A DNA stretch of 56,145 nt from Chiloscyllium plagiosum. Lineage: Eukaryota. The notes below the pieces were generated by a model, which did no database searches, was not told the origin of the DNA, and was given only the letters and a program-made list of their open reading frames with translations. Within the stretch, counting starts at the first letter, position 1. Every line of letters starts with the position of its first letter. Shown in pieces: positions 1 to 12,479 of the stretch. The stretch lies in contig NC_057719.1 in assembly GCF_004010195.1 (NCBI RefSeq), positions 74,364,520 to 74,420,664 of the forward strand, read 5' to 3'. Both the position numbers and the translations under genes were made by a program.

Positions 1-52
1 TCACCACCACCGTCACCTTGTTTTCTCGTCTGCCTCCACCCCACCGCCCCGT

Positions 53-84
53 TCTTCTCCTCTTCCTCCTCCTCCTCCTCCTCT
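53..84. repeat. (CCT)n-rich low-complexity tract
   Basis: tcttctcctcttcctcctcctcctcctcctct read directly. Confidence 0.8.
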
Positions 85-2070
85 GCCTCCAGAAAACCGA
101 CACTTGGAGCCCAGCTATACGACCTTTTGTCCGTTTCCTGGAGACTTTGTGGCCTGGTGCTGTCTGTGTTCGGGCTTTGGTTGGATGGGGGCACGGTGGG
201 CTGTACAAGCCCCCGTTTCTCCTTTTTGTTGGCCTCGACCACAACCTGCTCAGTGGTTTTGAATATTCCAACAACAACAACAGCTTTCACCCTGGCCCCA
301 TTTTTCGGCAGACAGAGTGGTTCTCTGGCAAATTATTGGTTAACTAGTATATTGGTTAACTCAAACATTATGTATGTCATTGGAGGTTTTCCTCTTTCTA
401 GACAGGAAATGTATGTTGCTCATGTTCTGTTAAAAGTGATGGCACTCCTGCAGGATGATAATCTCATGAAAAATGAAGGGGCTTCAGCAGTGGGATTGGA
501 CTGAGCAAAATGGGTTCAGGGAGGGTCTTGATTTTATTCCTGATCTCCTGTCACTTCCGCTGATCTCCAGCAGCACTGCAATTAGGAATTCAAAAGGGAA
601 TGCTGCAGTTATCATGCCATGGACCACAGATGGTGAAATCATCAGAGGTTCTTTCATCCTGTTGGAATTGTGCCAGTGTTGAGTGATTGGGGAGGAGATT
701 GGGATGAGGTGCGAGGGAGAGGGGCAATGGGAGATGAGGGAATTTGAGCAGAGGATGAGGAAAGGAATGAGGGTGTGGCATGTAATGGGAGAAGTACCAC
801 ATAGGTTGCTGTGGGTGAGGCTTTGGGATGGAGTGGGCAACAGGGGAGGTGCTGGGGTGGGAACGGGGTTAAACAGAGGTTAGTGGGCTCCCTGGATAAT
901 GTAGGAACTGTGATAGATGATGTGGGTTGAGCCAAAGGGAGGTGTGTGGATGGTACTATATAATAGCACAGACCCTTGCAATAAGTGATGGGAGACAAGA
1001 TCACAATCAGTGAGGTATACTGGAGATGATGTGCAGTAGATGATAAGAGGAAGGTACAGTGGTGGTGTGAATCTGTCAAAGGGTTTGAGTGGAGGTGTTT
1101 GAGAGAATGGATATATGGGAGGGAGAAAAGGCAGCAAGTGTGAAGAGAGAGAGAAAATTGAATGAATGTCTTCGCCAGTGTGGCACTCCCTAACAACTCT
1201 GTGGATGTACCTGCCTCCTATAGACCACAGTGATTCAGGAAGGTGGCTCCCCATCACTTCCTTGAGGACAGTTGTCGAGCTGGGTGACAAATGCTGGCTG
1301 TGCTGGCATCTCATGTTATATGAAAGCTACCTCTGTGTCTTTTCAGATGTATACTTCTTGAAACGACAACAACTGAGGAGACTGAAAACCAGGAGATTGT
1401 ATTGTACGATATTCAAACCTTAGCAGAATGACACTAGGACAATCTGTTTTTGTAATACTTGGCTGTTTGCACTTTTAATCCCTTTGGTGCAGTGTCCCTT
1501 CAGATCAGCTGAATTAATTGGTGCAGTAATGAGGGTTTTTGTAGCTGTGAATGCTGCTATATTAGCAACAGGTAATGCCGGGCAGTTGAATCCTGTTCAA
1601 TCCTGTGACCGCACCCCTCTCTTCTCCGATTCATTATTCTGAAGAGATAGTTGGCACCTATTTCACTTTGAAGAAAGTACTGGAATTGCAGCTTTTGGAA
1701 ACTGGATGTCAGCAGTGTGGTTTTTGTAACATGTTGGGCATCCTAACATGTTTTAATTCCTCTGGTTTATGTGCAGCCTTAGGTCCTGGAAACTTTTTTA
1801 CTTGCTAGTGAAATGCTTTATCAACATTTTTCAATATTTATGGATCACCACAACATTGTGTGACATAAAGTAAGACCGGTTTTATAATGTTACATGGAAC
1901 CATAATATTACTGAATAGCAGTGAAAAAGCTGTCTCACATGCAATAGCCCATCATGTCTACTGGCTTCTTGAAAGAATGACCCATTTCGTCCTATTAATT
2001 TGTGCTTTTTTTTCCCCCACAGACCTACAAATTGTTTTTCATCTGAAGTATTGATTCACTCTTTTCAAAG

Positions 2071-2359
2071 ATGATGTGGCAGTGATGTGACTGTGGTCGA
2101 CAAAGTTCAAAATCACAATGCCAGGTTAGAGTCCAACGGGCTTATTTGGAAGCACTAGCTTTCAGAGCTCTGCTCCTTTTCTCAGGTAGCTATTGGGACA
2201 GGATCAGAGAACACAGAATTTATAGTATAAATTTTACTATAAATTCTGTGTCCTATGTACCTGCCTCACTAGCTACCTGATGAAGGAGCAGCACTTTGAA
2301 AGCTTGTACTTCCAAATAAACTTGTTGGACTATAACCTGGCATTGTGATTTTGAACTTT
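2071..2359. mobile_element. Penelope-like fold-back insertion (inverted pLTR ends) with hammerhead-like core
   Basis: Arms ~2102-2227 and ~2232-2359 are imperfect reverse complements. CTTTTCAAAG direct repeat at 2061-2070 and 2360-2369. Core ctgatga-aggag...gaaagct at 2277. Confidence 0.75.
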
Positions 2360-3439
2360 CTTTTCAAAGTTAATATTGAAACAATTTCCATTACCTTTTC
2401 ATGCAGTGGCTTCCAGATCACTACGCACTGCATACATCATTTCTGGTTCTTTAGATAATTATCTCAAATTTGTGTCCTTTCCTGCCAAGATAAACAATTG
2501 CTTCCCATGTACCAAAGCCAGTCATAATTTTAACACATTGGAATTAAACCCTTGACCTGAGGAGAACAGTCCCACAATTCTGATGTCTCACCCCTGATGC
2601 AATTCTAGGAAATTTGTTGTTTATCCTCTTGATTTAATAAAAGTATCAGCTGTCTCCTAACAATGCTTGAATATTCCTTTCTTGCTTTTGGATCCTTCAG
2701 GTCTGGTCTATATAGTAATAGTGAGTATATTTGCTGTGATTGCTTCTGTGAAGTGACAGCAACTTTTGGGAATCTGACCATGTGCAGTTAAACGTGAAAA
2801 TGCAGAAGCTTTGGTCAGTGGTTCTACTCTTCTACATGAGTGCACTGTTGTAGATACTCACTCCCTGACACTGTAAGGAGAAATCACCGAAATCAGAAAT
2901 CCTTGCTCCTCTATTTCATTTACCTAGTTTTAAAAATCCAGGAAAGGTACATCTTGTTGAATGAGATACGTGTAGATTTTTAATATCATGTTGGATTACA
3001 GGTACTGCAGAACAACCTCATTGACCATGAGAAAAGATTATTTTTAAAATATTTCTGAAAGACATATTTGCCTTATGAAGCCCATTTTTTTAATCTGTTA
3101 AATTTATTTTGGCTTCAGCTTCAACCTTAATTCTATTTGTACGTCCCAATCATTTATTTCACACGCTAATATTTTTTTTCTAATAAACATTTTACATTGA
3201 TCTTTACTATCTGGTTTGCTGTCTGTTAGAATACCTAAATATGATTGGTTACCTCATCTGTCCTGATATATTAGTGTTGCTGGATATATGGGAAGCATCA
3301 CTGGTTTGCATCAGATACAAATAGATATCAGGCCAAAGAAAGTGCACAACAGACATCACTAAATGATCAAGGTAGCTTCCTTCAAGACCAATGATGAGTG
3401 TTGTCACTTTGCTATCGACTGTGAATCAAAATGTTCCTA

Positions 3440-3692
3440 CAGTTCAGAAATATACTGTTCAGCCCATTGAGTTTGCACTGACCTTATGAAGAACATCCCA
3501 TCCAGGATCCCAAATTACTCTGCATTTACAATGGCTAATCCACCTAGCTTGCACATCTTTGGACTGTGGGAAGAAACTGGAGCACCCGGACAAAACTCAT
3601 GCAGACACAGGGAAAACCTACAAACTCCGTGCAGTCAACCAAGATTGGGGTCAAACCTAGGTCCCTGGTGCTGTCAGGCAGCACTGTGCTAC
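3440..3692 (-). mobile_element. Degenerate HE1-like V-SINE
   Basis: Reverse-complement similarity to the copy at 7985 (gcacatctttggactgtgggaagaaactggagcacccgga). Confidence 0.75.
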
Positions 3693-4675
3693 CCAGTATC
3701 TGGGATAGTATCTCTACTCCGATGCTTTCTAACAACTTTATCACCTTAGCCTTCAGAGATATGTGTGTGTGTGTGTACATCCAATGTCTTTCTATTTCTA
3801 CAATCATTTTTAATATTACACTATTTTGTTCTGTAGTCAAACCATCGCTGACAAAAATGCTACTGGGAAAAATGGCTCAGAATGAAGCACCAGACAATGA
3901 GCTAAGGACCTGCCTTCAGGCAGAGGACACATGGAGTAAAATATCATAATACACGTTTTATTGACTATCCTCATTCTTGTAAATCCATCCCTGGACTTCT
4001 CTGCATTTGCTTTCATCCATCATGTGTTGCCATTTTCAATTTTTTAACATCCTTCTTAGTGTACAATGTATCCATGTCTTCACATCTGAGGACTTGAAAT
4101 CTCATCCCCTGCATCCAAGTTCTAATCATGTAAATTATTTTAAAACAATGGTTTCAATCCAGACTCCTGGACGTTAGCATTTAATATGCCAGTCCTTCCA
4201 CACTATTCTCTGCAGCCTGTCTCTTAGCCTATTTGGTATCCATGCTGTTACTGTCCAATTACTCCGGCTTTTTATATGATACAGTCCATGTGCTCAACAT
4301 AAACTGTTTGCCCTCTTATTTACTGAAAAGCTTAACTACATTTGTCATACTTGATTTATCTTTAACAAGCTGGGCTGCACTTACTGAGTGTACCCCTTCT
4401 GCTTTTTTTTTTGAAAGAGGTGGAATATTTGGAATTCTCCAGTCCTCTGGTACTATATCCAAGTAGGACATTGACTACAGACTTTGCTGTCTTGCACCCT
4501 TGCCTTCCATACAAGACATTAAAATATTTTCTTTGCTCAGAAGCAGCTTCTGTGCCAGTGATGCTGGTGGTTGTAATTGAACCATGTGTTTTTTACACTT
4601 CAGAGTGGACTCTCATTGCACAGCATAATCCATGAGTTGAACAGTGGTGTATCTGCAACATGAGCTGGATGATTC

Positions 4676-4875
4676 TATGACATTGAGACGTACAGCACGG
4701 AAAAGACCTTCGGTTCAACTCGTCCAGGCCGACCACATATCCCAACCCAATCTAGTCCCACCTGCAGCACACAGCCCACATCCCTCCAAACCTTTACTAT
4801 TCATACACCCATCCAGATGCCTTTTAAATGTTGCAATTGTACCAGCCTTCACCACTTCCTCTGTAGCTCATTCCA
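4676..4875 (-). mobile_element. CR1 LINE 3' end fragment
   Basis: cccatccagatgccttttaaatgttgcaattgtaccagcc, shared with the copies at ~20075 and ~38005. Confidence 0.8.
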
Positions 4876-5406
4876 TTCTGGAGTTCTATGCCCAATTCTG
4901 GTTGTCGGAAGGATTTTATTAAACTGGAGAGGGTTCAGAAGGGATTTACCAGAATGTTGCCAGTAATGGAGGGTTTGAGTTTGGAGAAGGCTGGATAGGC
5001 TGGGACTTTTATCACTGGAGTGTAGGAGGTTGAGGGGTGACCTTACAGAGGTTTGTAAAATCATGAGGGGTATAAATAAGGTGTATGGCAGGTGTCTTTT
5101 CCCTAGCGTTGGGGGATTTCAAGACTGGGGGCATATTTTTAAGGTGAGCAGAGAGAGGTTTGAACAAGACATGAGGAAATTTCTTTTACACGGAGAGTGG
5201 TGCATATGTGGAATGAACATCCAGAGGAAGTGCTGAACGTGGGTGTAATTACAGCGTTTAAAAGACCTTTAAATAAGTACATGAATAAGAAATGTTTGGA
5301 GGGATGGGGCAACATGCAGGCAGATGGGGCTAGTTTAGTTTGGGATTATGGCTGGCATGGATTAGTTGGACCGAAGGTCTGTGTCCATGCTGTATGACTG
5401 TGACTT
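4876..5406 (+). mobile_element. CR1 LINE 3' fragment (ORF2 C-terminus plus 3' UTR)
   Basis: LERVQK.FTRMLP and LRGDLTEVCKIMRG motifs; ends in a (tgactg)-type tail. Confidence 0.85.
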
Positions 5407-5761
5407 TATCTGTTTTATACCTGTTAGTATAACTGTGAGCCTGCTAGAACACAGGCTGGACATTTCCTAGAACAGTGGATGTAAGGTGTTCACTAATTAC
5501 ATTAACAAACTGCTTATTCTCTGTGGTGTTTGAGGAAAAGAACATCAGTGTTTGTTATCTTTTCCAACTTCTGAAAAAATCTTATTGGTGAAAACTAGGT
5601 TTTTAAAAACCTATATCCATTTTGTGAAATAATGGTCAGAAAAATTCTCTAATCTGACAATACTTAATTGAGGAAGAGATATGGATCAGTCATTGCGCAG
5701 TCATTACAAGTGTGCAGTTTTTGTGCCGGTTATGGGGTGCATAAAGAAGATCATTGTAGGT

Positions 5762-5922
5762 TAAAAACTGAAAGAATTGCAGATGCTGTAAGCTCAGCAG
5801 GTCTGGCAGCACCTGTGAAGAGGAATCAGAGTTCTGAGGAAGGGTTGCCCGACCCGAAACATTAACTCTGATTTCTCTTCACAGATGCTGTTAGATCTGC
5901 TGAGCCTTTCCAGCAATTTCTG
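5762..5922. mobile_element. PLE-derived short fold-back with hammerhead-like core
   Basis: aatcagagtt-CTGAGGA-agggt...gaccc-GAAA-catt-aactctgatt at 5824-5873; flanks pair as an inverted repeat. Confidence 0.65.
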
Positions 5923-6021
5923 AGATCATTCTATGTTGGTTTGCAGGGCACATTCAACATGAATTGAAGGCTGTCAATGGTTCTGACAGGAACATACTTG
6001 AATTAAACCATATGCAGTATT

Positions 6022-6112
6022 GTTGTGGTTCTGTTCGCCGAGCTGGAAGTTTTTGGCGAACAGAACCACAACAACGAGCACCCGAGCTACAAATCTTCGC
6101 ACAAACTTTGAA
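6022..6112. mobile_element. Minimal PLE inverted-end insertion (~91 bp)
   Basis: TSD CATATGCAGTATT at 6009-6021 and 6113-6125. 20 bp perfect inverted repeat ttgttgtggttctgttcgcc / ggcgaacagaaccacaacaa. Tail gagctacaaatcttc resembles the end of the 50002 element. Confidence 0.7.
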
Positions 6113-6599
6113 CATATGCAGTATTTCTGAAATAATAGTTCTGAATAACTAGGTCTCTAGATAATGATGAGGTTTGGGTGTCATAATATGATAGGGTTGT
6201 TTGGAATGATGCAGACGTGACATGAAAATGGGTAAGGTTTTTAAAGTGTTGAAGTGATTGGGTACAAGTTGAATACGGTATTTAGAATTGATATGAAGAA
6301 CATGACTAGGGGCTGCATCTGTAAATTTATGAAGAAACCATTAAGTAGATATCAGAACTTCTTATTCTCTGGAACAAATGATGCGGTTTGTATAATGTTG
6401 CTACCGTCCTTTTCAAACAGACCTGAAAGTTCCTGAAATTATGTCTCCCATTATAATGAGTGATTTTCAAGCTAGCCGTGATTGATTGGGAGATGAGAGG
6501 AATCTCGAACTGGCTGCTTTTTGTTACTAGTCTCTTTGATGTTTCTTAGCTGTTAATGATAGGAGATGAATCAGTAATGTGTGAAAAGGTGCTAATAGT

Positions 6600-7695
6600 T
6601 AGATATGATAGGGCAGATCTAATGCATCTTATCCCTAACCCATAAGAGCCCACGGTGTTGAAGATATTATATTGGCATGGGTAGAGAATTGGCTCGGGGT
6701 AGGATTCAATGAGTGGGTATCTGGGTTCTTTTTCAAGTTGGTGGTGAGTAAGGTTCCACAGGGATCAGTGCTGAGACCACAGCTTTTTCCAATGTGTGTT
6801 AATAACTTGGAGGAAAGAAGCGAATGTAGCCAGATTTGCAGATAACATTAAAATAGATGGAAAGGCAGGTTGTGACGGGTACAACAGAGATATTAGTACT
6901 AAATAAGTGGGCAAAAAGTTGACAAAATAGAGTATAATGTGGCAAAATGGAAAATTGGTCATTTTTTGGAACAGAAAGAACAGGTTATTATTTAAATGGA
7001 GAGAAAATTTAGAAAGTTGCAGTTCAAAGGGACTTGAGTGTACTGTGTGGAAATGTAAAGCCAGCACACAGGTATAGCAGGTAATCAGAAAAGTTGGCCC
7101 TTATATTAAGGAGGTTAGAGTATAAGAGTGGGATGTCTTAGTGTAAACTGTGCAAGGCGTTAGTGAGACCAGATCTGGAGTAAGGAACAGTTTTGGTCAC
7201 TTTATTTAAGGAAAGATATTGTTTCAATTGAGGCAGTTCAGAGAATGTTCACTCAAATGCTCCCTGGAATGGAGGGATTGTCTTATGAGCAATGATTAAA
7301 CAGTTAGGGTCACTACTCATTGCAGTTTAGAAGAATGAGAGGTGATTTCATTGAAACATATAGGATTCTTAAGAGACTTGACAGGATAAATGCTGAGAGG
7401 ATTTTCCCCTTGTGGAAGAGGACCAGAGAGGTGGACTCAGAATAAAGGGGTGCTGATTTAAGACTGAGATGAGGAGGAATTTCTTCTGAGGGTTGAGAGT
7501 CTTTGGAACTCCTTGTCACAGAGAGCTGTGGGGCAGAATCCTTGTTTATATTTAAGACTGAGATCGATAAATTCTTCATCAGTGGGGGAATAGAGGGTTA
7601 TAGGGAAAGCACAGGAAGGTGGACTTGAGAAATCTCAGAGCAGGCTCAAGGGGCTGAACAGTCTACTCTGTTCCTATTTTGTATAGTCTTATGTT
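6600..7695 (+). mobile_element. Degenerate CR1 LINE (RT region to 3' end)
   Basis: Remnants of VPQGSVL (gttccacagggatcagtgctg), FADD-like (tttgcagataac), LVRP.LE and RGDFIETYRIL motifs. Confidence 0.85.
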
Positions 7696-7984
7696 ACTCT
7701 ATATGTATAATGTTGAATTATTCTTTCACAGTCTGTGGTTATTGCTAAGAAGAGCAGCATTTATTGCCATTCGTAATTACTTTTGCTAAGGTGGTAGGGA
7801 ATTGCTGCCTTGGACTGCCACAGACTGCTTTGGTTTAGATTTTCCCACAAGGGCGTGTGATTTACAGTTTCAGGATTTTGGCCCAGTGATGATGAAGGTG
7901 AATAAAGATTTAGTGGCCAGGAAATTGGAAGGGAACATGCTGTTGACGTTTGCTGTTTGTGTACACCTGTTACCTATTCTTTGT

Positions 7985-8303
7985 GGGCGGCATGGTGGCA
8001 CAGTGGTTAGCACTGCTGCCTCACAGCGTCAGAGATCTGGGTTCAATTCCCGCCTCAGGTGACTCTGTGTGGAGTTTGCACATTCTCCCTGTGTCTGTGT
8101 GGGTTTCCTCCGGGTGCTCCAGTTTCCTCCCACAATCCAAAAATGTGCAGGTTAGGTGAATTGGCCATGCTAAATTGCCCGTAGTGTTAGATGAAGAGGT
8201 AAATGTAGGGGAATGGGTCTGGGTGGGTTGCGCTGTGATGGGTCGGTGTGGACTTGTTGGGCCGAAGGGCCTGTTTCCACACTGTAAGTAATCTAATCTA
8301 ATC
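7985..8303 (+). mobile_element. HE1-like V-SINE (tRNA-derived), full length
   Basis: Pol III A box (tggcacagtgg), B box (ggttcaattcc), central domain gtgtggagtttgcacattctccc, CR1-like tail and (taatc)n end. Confidence 0.9.
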
Positions 8304-8877
8304 TTAACTGGTTTGGAAGATGCTACAATACGAAGTATGGTTGAGTTGGTGCAGTGGATCTTAAAAATGGTATATACTGCAGGCATGTTGCATTGGTGGT
8401 GAATGGGGTATCAGGCTGCTTCGTCCTGGACTGTATTGGTTTTGAGTGGTATCAGATCTTCTTATCAAGTGGGTGAGAAGAATTCCATCTCATTCTGAAC
8501 TTTTGCTGAGTTGCAAGGCAAGTTACTTGTTATAGAATATTCAGCCTTAGATCTGCTTTCATAGCCACAGTATTTATGTGATAGGTCCAGTAGAGTTTTT
8601 AGTCCGTTGTAAGCCCGCAGGATATTAATGGGAAATTCACTAATGACTCTGCCATTGAATGTGAAAGGGAGGTAGTGGGAATTTCTGCTGTTAGACACTG
8701 TGTGGCATGAGTTTTAACTTGTCACTGATCAACCCAAGCAGTGGTAGTGTCTACCTATGAGCTAGGGGCCCTAGGTTAAGTTCTGCCTGCTGATGAGGGT
8801 ATGTATTAATATTGCTGAACAGGTTGTTTAGGGAATATCCATCCTGAGGCACTCTTGCCTGAGATCTGAGCCTGAGA

Positions 8878-9666
8878 TAGACAAGCTGCGAGCTGGGCTG
8901 AGAGGTGGCAAATGGAGTTTAATGCAGAAAAGTGTGAGGTGATTCACTTTGGAAGGAGTAACAGGAATGCAGAGTACTGGGCGAATGGTAAGATTCTTGG
9001 TTGTGTAGACGAGCAGAGAGATCTCTGTATCCATGTCCATCAGTGCCTCAAAGTTGCCACCCACAGGGTTGTTAAGATGGCATATGGTGTGTTGGCTTTT
9101 ATTAATAGAGGGATTGAGTTTCAGAACCATGAGGTCATGCTGCAGCTGTACAAAACTCTGGTGCAGCTGCACTTGGAGTATTGCTTACAGTTCTGGTCAC
9201 CGCATTACAGGAAGGATGTGGCAGCTTTGGAAAGGGTTCAGAGGAGATTTACCAGGATGTTGCCTCATATGGAGGGAAGGTCTTACGAGGAAAGGTCTAG
9301 AGGCTGTCTTTGTTAGAGAGAAGAAGGTTGAGAGGTCACTTAATTGAGCTGTACAAGATAATCAGAGGGTTAGATCAGGTGGATAGGGAATGTCTTTTGG
9401 TGATGGCTAGCTTTAAATTGAGGGGTGATAGATATAGAACAGATGTCAGAGGTAGTTTCTTTACTCAGAGTAGGAGGGGCATGGAATGCACTGCTTCCAA
9501 CAGTTGTAGACTTGCCAAATTTACAGACATTTAAATGGTTATTGGATAGGTATAGGGACAAAAATGGAATAGTGTAGGTTAGATGGGCTTCAGATTGGTT
9601 TTACAGGACGGCACAATATCTAGGGCTGAAGGGCCTGTTCTGAGCTGTAATGCCCTATGTTCTATG
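8878..9666 (+). mobile_element. 5'-truncated CR1 LINE
   Basis: ORF 8912-9316 (MEFNAEKCEVIHFG...LYKTLV...QFWSPHYRKDVAALERVQRRFTRMLP) is a typical CR1 ORF2 C-terminus. Confidence 0.92.
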
Positions 9667-10439
9667 AGATGATTGGTCTCTGACAGTCACAGTAATCTTC
9701 CTTAGTGTTAGGTAGAGTTTCTCCCACTGGTTTCCATGGATTTTAATTTTACAGGGATCCCTAGTGCCACACTCTGTCAAATATTGCCTTGATGTCAAGG
9801 AATGTCGCTCCTCTCCTCTGTAACTTAGCACTTCGTCCATGTTTGAGTCAGGGCTGTAATGAGATCTGGAGCAGAGCTGTTCTGGTGTAATTTAAACTGA
9901 AGACCAGTGAGCAGATTATCCGGAGTGCTGTCAGCCATATCTTCAATCACTTTGCCAATGAGCAAGACTAGGTTGATAAGTGATCATTAGACAAATTGAA
10001 TTTGCCTTGATTTTTGTGGACCGAAGTAGTTTTCCACCCGGCTGCTTTGGTACCAGTGTTTTAAGTGTACTGAAACTGCTTGGTTAGAGGTACACCTAGT
10101 ACTGAGCCTATCTTCCACACAGCAGTCGAGGTGATATCATGGCTTGTTGCTTTTTATTTATTCAGCATGCCAAGCCATTTTGTAATGTCATTGACTGAAC
10201 TGAATTGAGTAATGACTACCTGGGGAGAAAGCCAAAATGGATCATTCGCTCGACATCTCTGTCCAAAGATGTTTGCAACTGTCTGCTTTGTGCAGAGCTG
10301 CTAGAACAAGCATTTATCGGATTAAATGTACAATTTCAGATTATCTGTATGGAATAGCGAATTTTTGGATATATTGAGAGAGGAAGGAATGTTTGTCAAA
10401 CTGGTAGGAGATCCCCCTTGGCTCTGTTCTCTGTTCTCC

Positions 10440-10620
10440 GTTCACCTGAGTAGGCAGATGAGGCTTTGATTTGTTATTCCATTTGAAAGGTGTCTGCCAC
10501 TACAGTGTTCCCTAAGTATTTGCTGAAATATCAGCATATGTATTACATTCAACTCTATAAAGCAGGACTTGAATCTGCAACCTACTTACTCAGATACAAA
10601 AAACACTTGCTCTACTCTGA
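10440..10620 (-). mobile_element. Ancient DeuSINE/SacSINE-like fragment
   Basis: Degenerate match to the remembered Deu-domain pattern (ggcagatgaggc...tttgaaagg...cagtg...ggacttgaa...caacct). Confidence 0.45.
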
Positions 10621-11126
10621 TCCTAGTCACAAAGCAAACATTCCAACAGTGACTAGACTTGGATAACTGGCTCGGATTGGCTTTGGGGACATGTTAAGAT
10701 TGCAAAAGACTCTATATCAGCACATTTTCATTTCTTTTTCAAATAGACCTTGTTTCAACTTTCAGCAACCTGAGGGCAGATGAGGGTGGTCAGGAATGAG
10801 TTGAGTGCAGTAAGGGAGTTGGAAGATGTTTTGCTCGCTGATGGCAGTGGCTAAAAGAAAATTCCTCAGCCAACTCCATGTTCTCACTGCCTCGCTTCTG
10901 CTCATTGACTCTACCTCTCACGGTTTCCCTCCCTCTTGACTTGCTACTTCCCAAAGTAAAATTGGCAACAAGAAGGAAGTGGTGAGCAAGACACAAGAAA
11001 GACAAGTGATCTGAACATCTATTGGGATCCAACTCACCATCAGCAAAACAGAGGCTGTCTCCAGCAGATCATCTGATAACCAGCAGACACTCGCTGTCGA
11101 GGACAATAGGTGTTCTTGTTCTATCA

Positions 11127-11238
11127 ATGATGTGGGGGTGCTGGGGTGGACAAAGTTAAAAGTCACATGACACCAGGTTGTAGTCCAACAGGTTTATTTG
11201 AAATTACAAGCTTTCAGAGCATTGCACCTTTGTCAGGT
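11127..11238 (-). mobile_element. PLE pLTR end fragment
   Basis: Same family as 2071-2359 (ggacaaagttaaaagtcaca...tagtccaacaggtttatttg). Confidence 0.65.
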
Positions 11239-11475
11239 CGCTGCTATCAAATATCATTGCATCTTAGTTTTATCTCCAAAGCAGCAATGCCCACAGTGGA
11301 TTGGTAGCTGATCAGTTGCTCATCCTGAAGCCCTATTGCAAGTTGTGGTTCTCGGTTTGTGCTGTGTCATTGCAATGCCTTTCTTTCTAGGGATCTTGTA
11401 TAAATGGGTTGTTTACTGTCTACTTTAATGTGCTTTGAACTGAAGAGTAATTTGCAAATTTGCTTTTTGTGACAG

Positions 11476-11619
11476 GTGGAGATGACCGTCGTGTTTTGTT
11501 GTGGCATGTTGATAAAGCTATTCATTCAAAAGCCAAACCTGTCCAACTGAAAGGCGAACATCTATCCAACATATTCTGTTTAGCATTTGACAGCACAAAT
11601 ACCCATCTCTTTTCTGGAG
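11476..11619 (+). CDS. DCAF5: DCAF5/WDR22 internal coding exon (probably exon 2), 144 bp
   Basis: Acceptor tttttgtgacag, donor G|gtaaga. Encodes (G)GDDRRVLLWHVDKAIHSKAKPVQLKGEHLSNIFCLAFDSTNTHLFSG, closely matching vertebrate DCAF5 as I recall it (GGDDRRVLLWHMEQAIHSRVKPIQLKGEHHSNIFCLAF). Phase 1 at both ends. Confidence 0.96.
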
Positions 11620-12254
11620 GTAAGAAATCTTGCATCTTAAAAACGTGTTACATTACTTCAACTTGGATTTCTTTGAACACTCAGTGATGTGTAGCTTTTG
11701 TTAATATAATTTACATGCTCTTTTAAATCGATGTCCACCAATTCAATCTTTCGGCAAGCAGCTGTGCTTAAATCTGGTTTGAAATGATTGAAACGGGTTG
11801 CACGATATGGATTTGTTTTTTCTTTTTGGTATGTGCACACGGGTGAATTAAATGATTGTCTCAATGCTTCTTAAACTTTGGAATGGAGCTTTCTTAACAA
11901 AACATTCAGCTGACCTGTGTTAATCAGAGCAGTAATGACAAACTGCACTTTAGATTAAAATTTGAGTGGACTGTACTAATAATTAAACCTATTTCTTAAT
12001 TCTGTTGCCTGGATGAAGGAAGTCTTTCGCAGAACAATCACTTAATCAACCAATGTACTTTTGAGGTTGTAGACAGACTCCCAAGTGCTCAATACCAGTA
12101 CATTCTAACCATGAACACTATAGATGCAGCTTTATTGACAAATCAGTGTTATATAAATCTCAGTTTGAATTTGTACAATGTTCTCATCAGGAATATTATT
12201 GCATCTGATTCTGGTCAACAAAATATCAAAATTATTTAAAATAAATTCTGTATC

Positions 12255-12479
12255 TGAAATGACTGCTTAGAGGCCTGCACCTTATCACCGAGTCACCCTT
12301 TATGTATGTGTGCACAGTACACTGGCTGTGGCCAGTCAGCTCAGAGTCAGCCCCTGAAGTGAGGAGATTCTGAATCCCCTGTTTATATCGCTGAGCCAGG
12401 GCTCCCTGATTAGGCCAGGTTAACAACCCCAAACAAGGATCTCATAGTCAAGAAGATCCACCTGGTTCCACTCACTACA
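12255..12479 (-). mobile_element. Short solo LTR (probably Gypsy-type)
   Basis: TG...CA termini (TGAAATGA / TCACTACA, imperfect inverted repeat); flanks gtatc / ctatc (5 bp TSD, 1 mismatch); minus-strand ATATAAA near 12385. Confidence 0.55.

Larger units (their letters stand above)
7745..10290 (-). mobile_element. Old CR1-like LINE interrupted by an HE1 SINE and a younger CR1
   Basis: Starts with cagcatttattgcc, the tail shared with the SINE at ~41250. Segments 7745-7980, 8305-8720 and 9670-10290 resemble the reverse complement of 47690-48770. Confidence 0.5.

Noticed and set aside
18..1423. Cluster of overlapping ORFs (up to 180 aa) on both strands
   Set aside because: Compositionally biased sequence with no recognisable domain; possibly a decayed transposon, but I cannot support a family.
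1335..1430. Acceptor-like gtgtcttttcag followed by a short ORF
   Set aside because: No similarity to DCAF5 and no supporting donor.
7985..8060. tRNA-like A and B boxes
   Set aside because: SINE head, not a tRNA gene.
7950..8386. Recurring ORFs such as GGMVAQWLALLPHS and CGRKPEHPEETH (also at 19736, 38427, 49343)
   Set aside because: Chance translations of HE1 SINE copies, not proteins.
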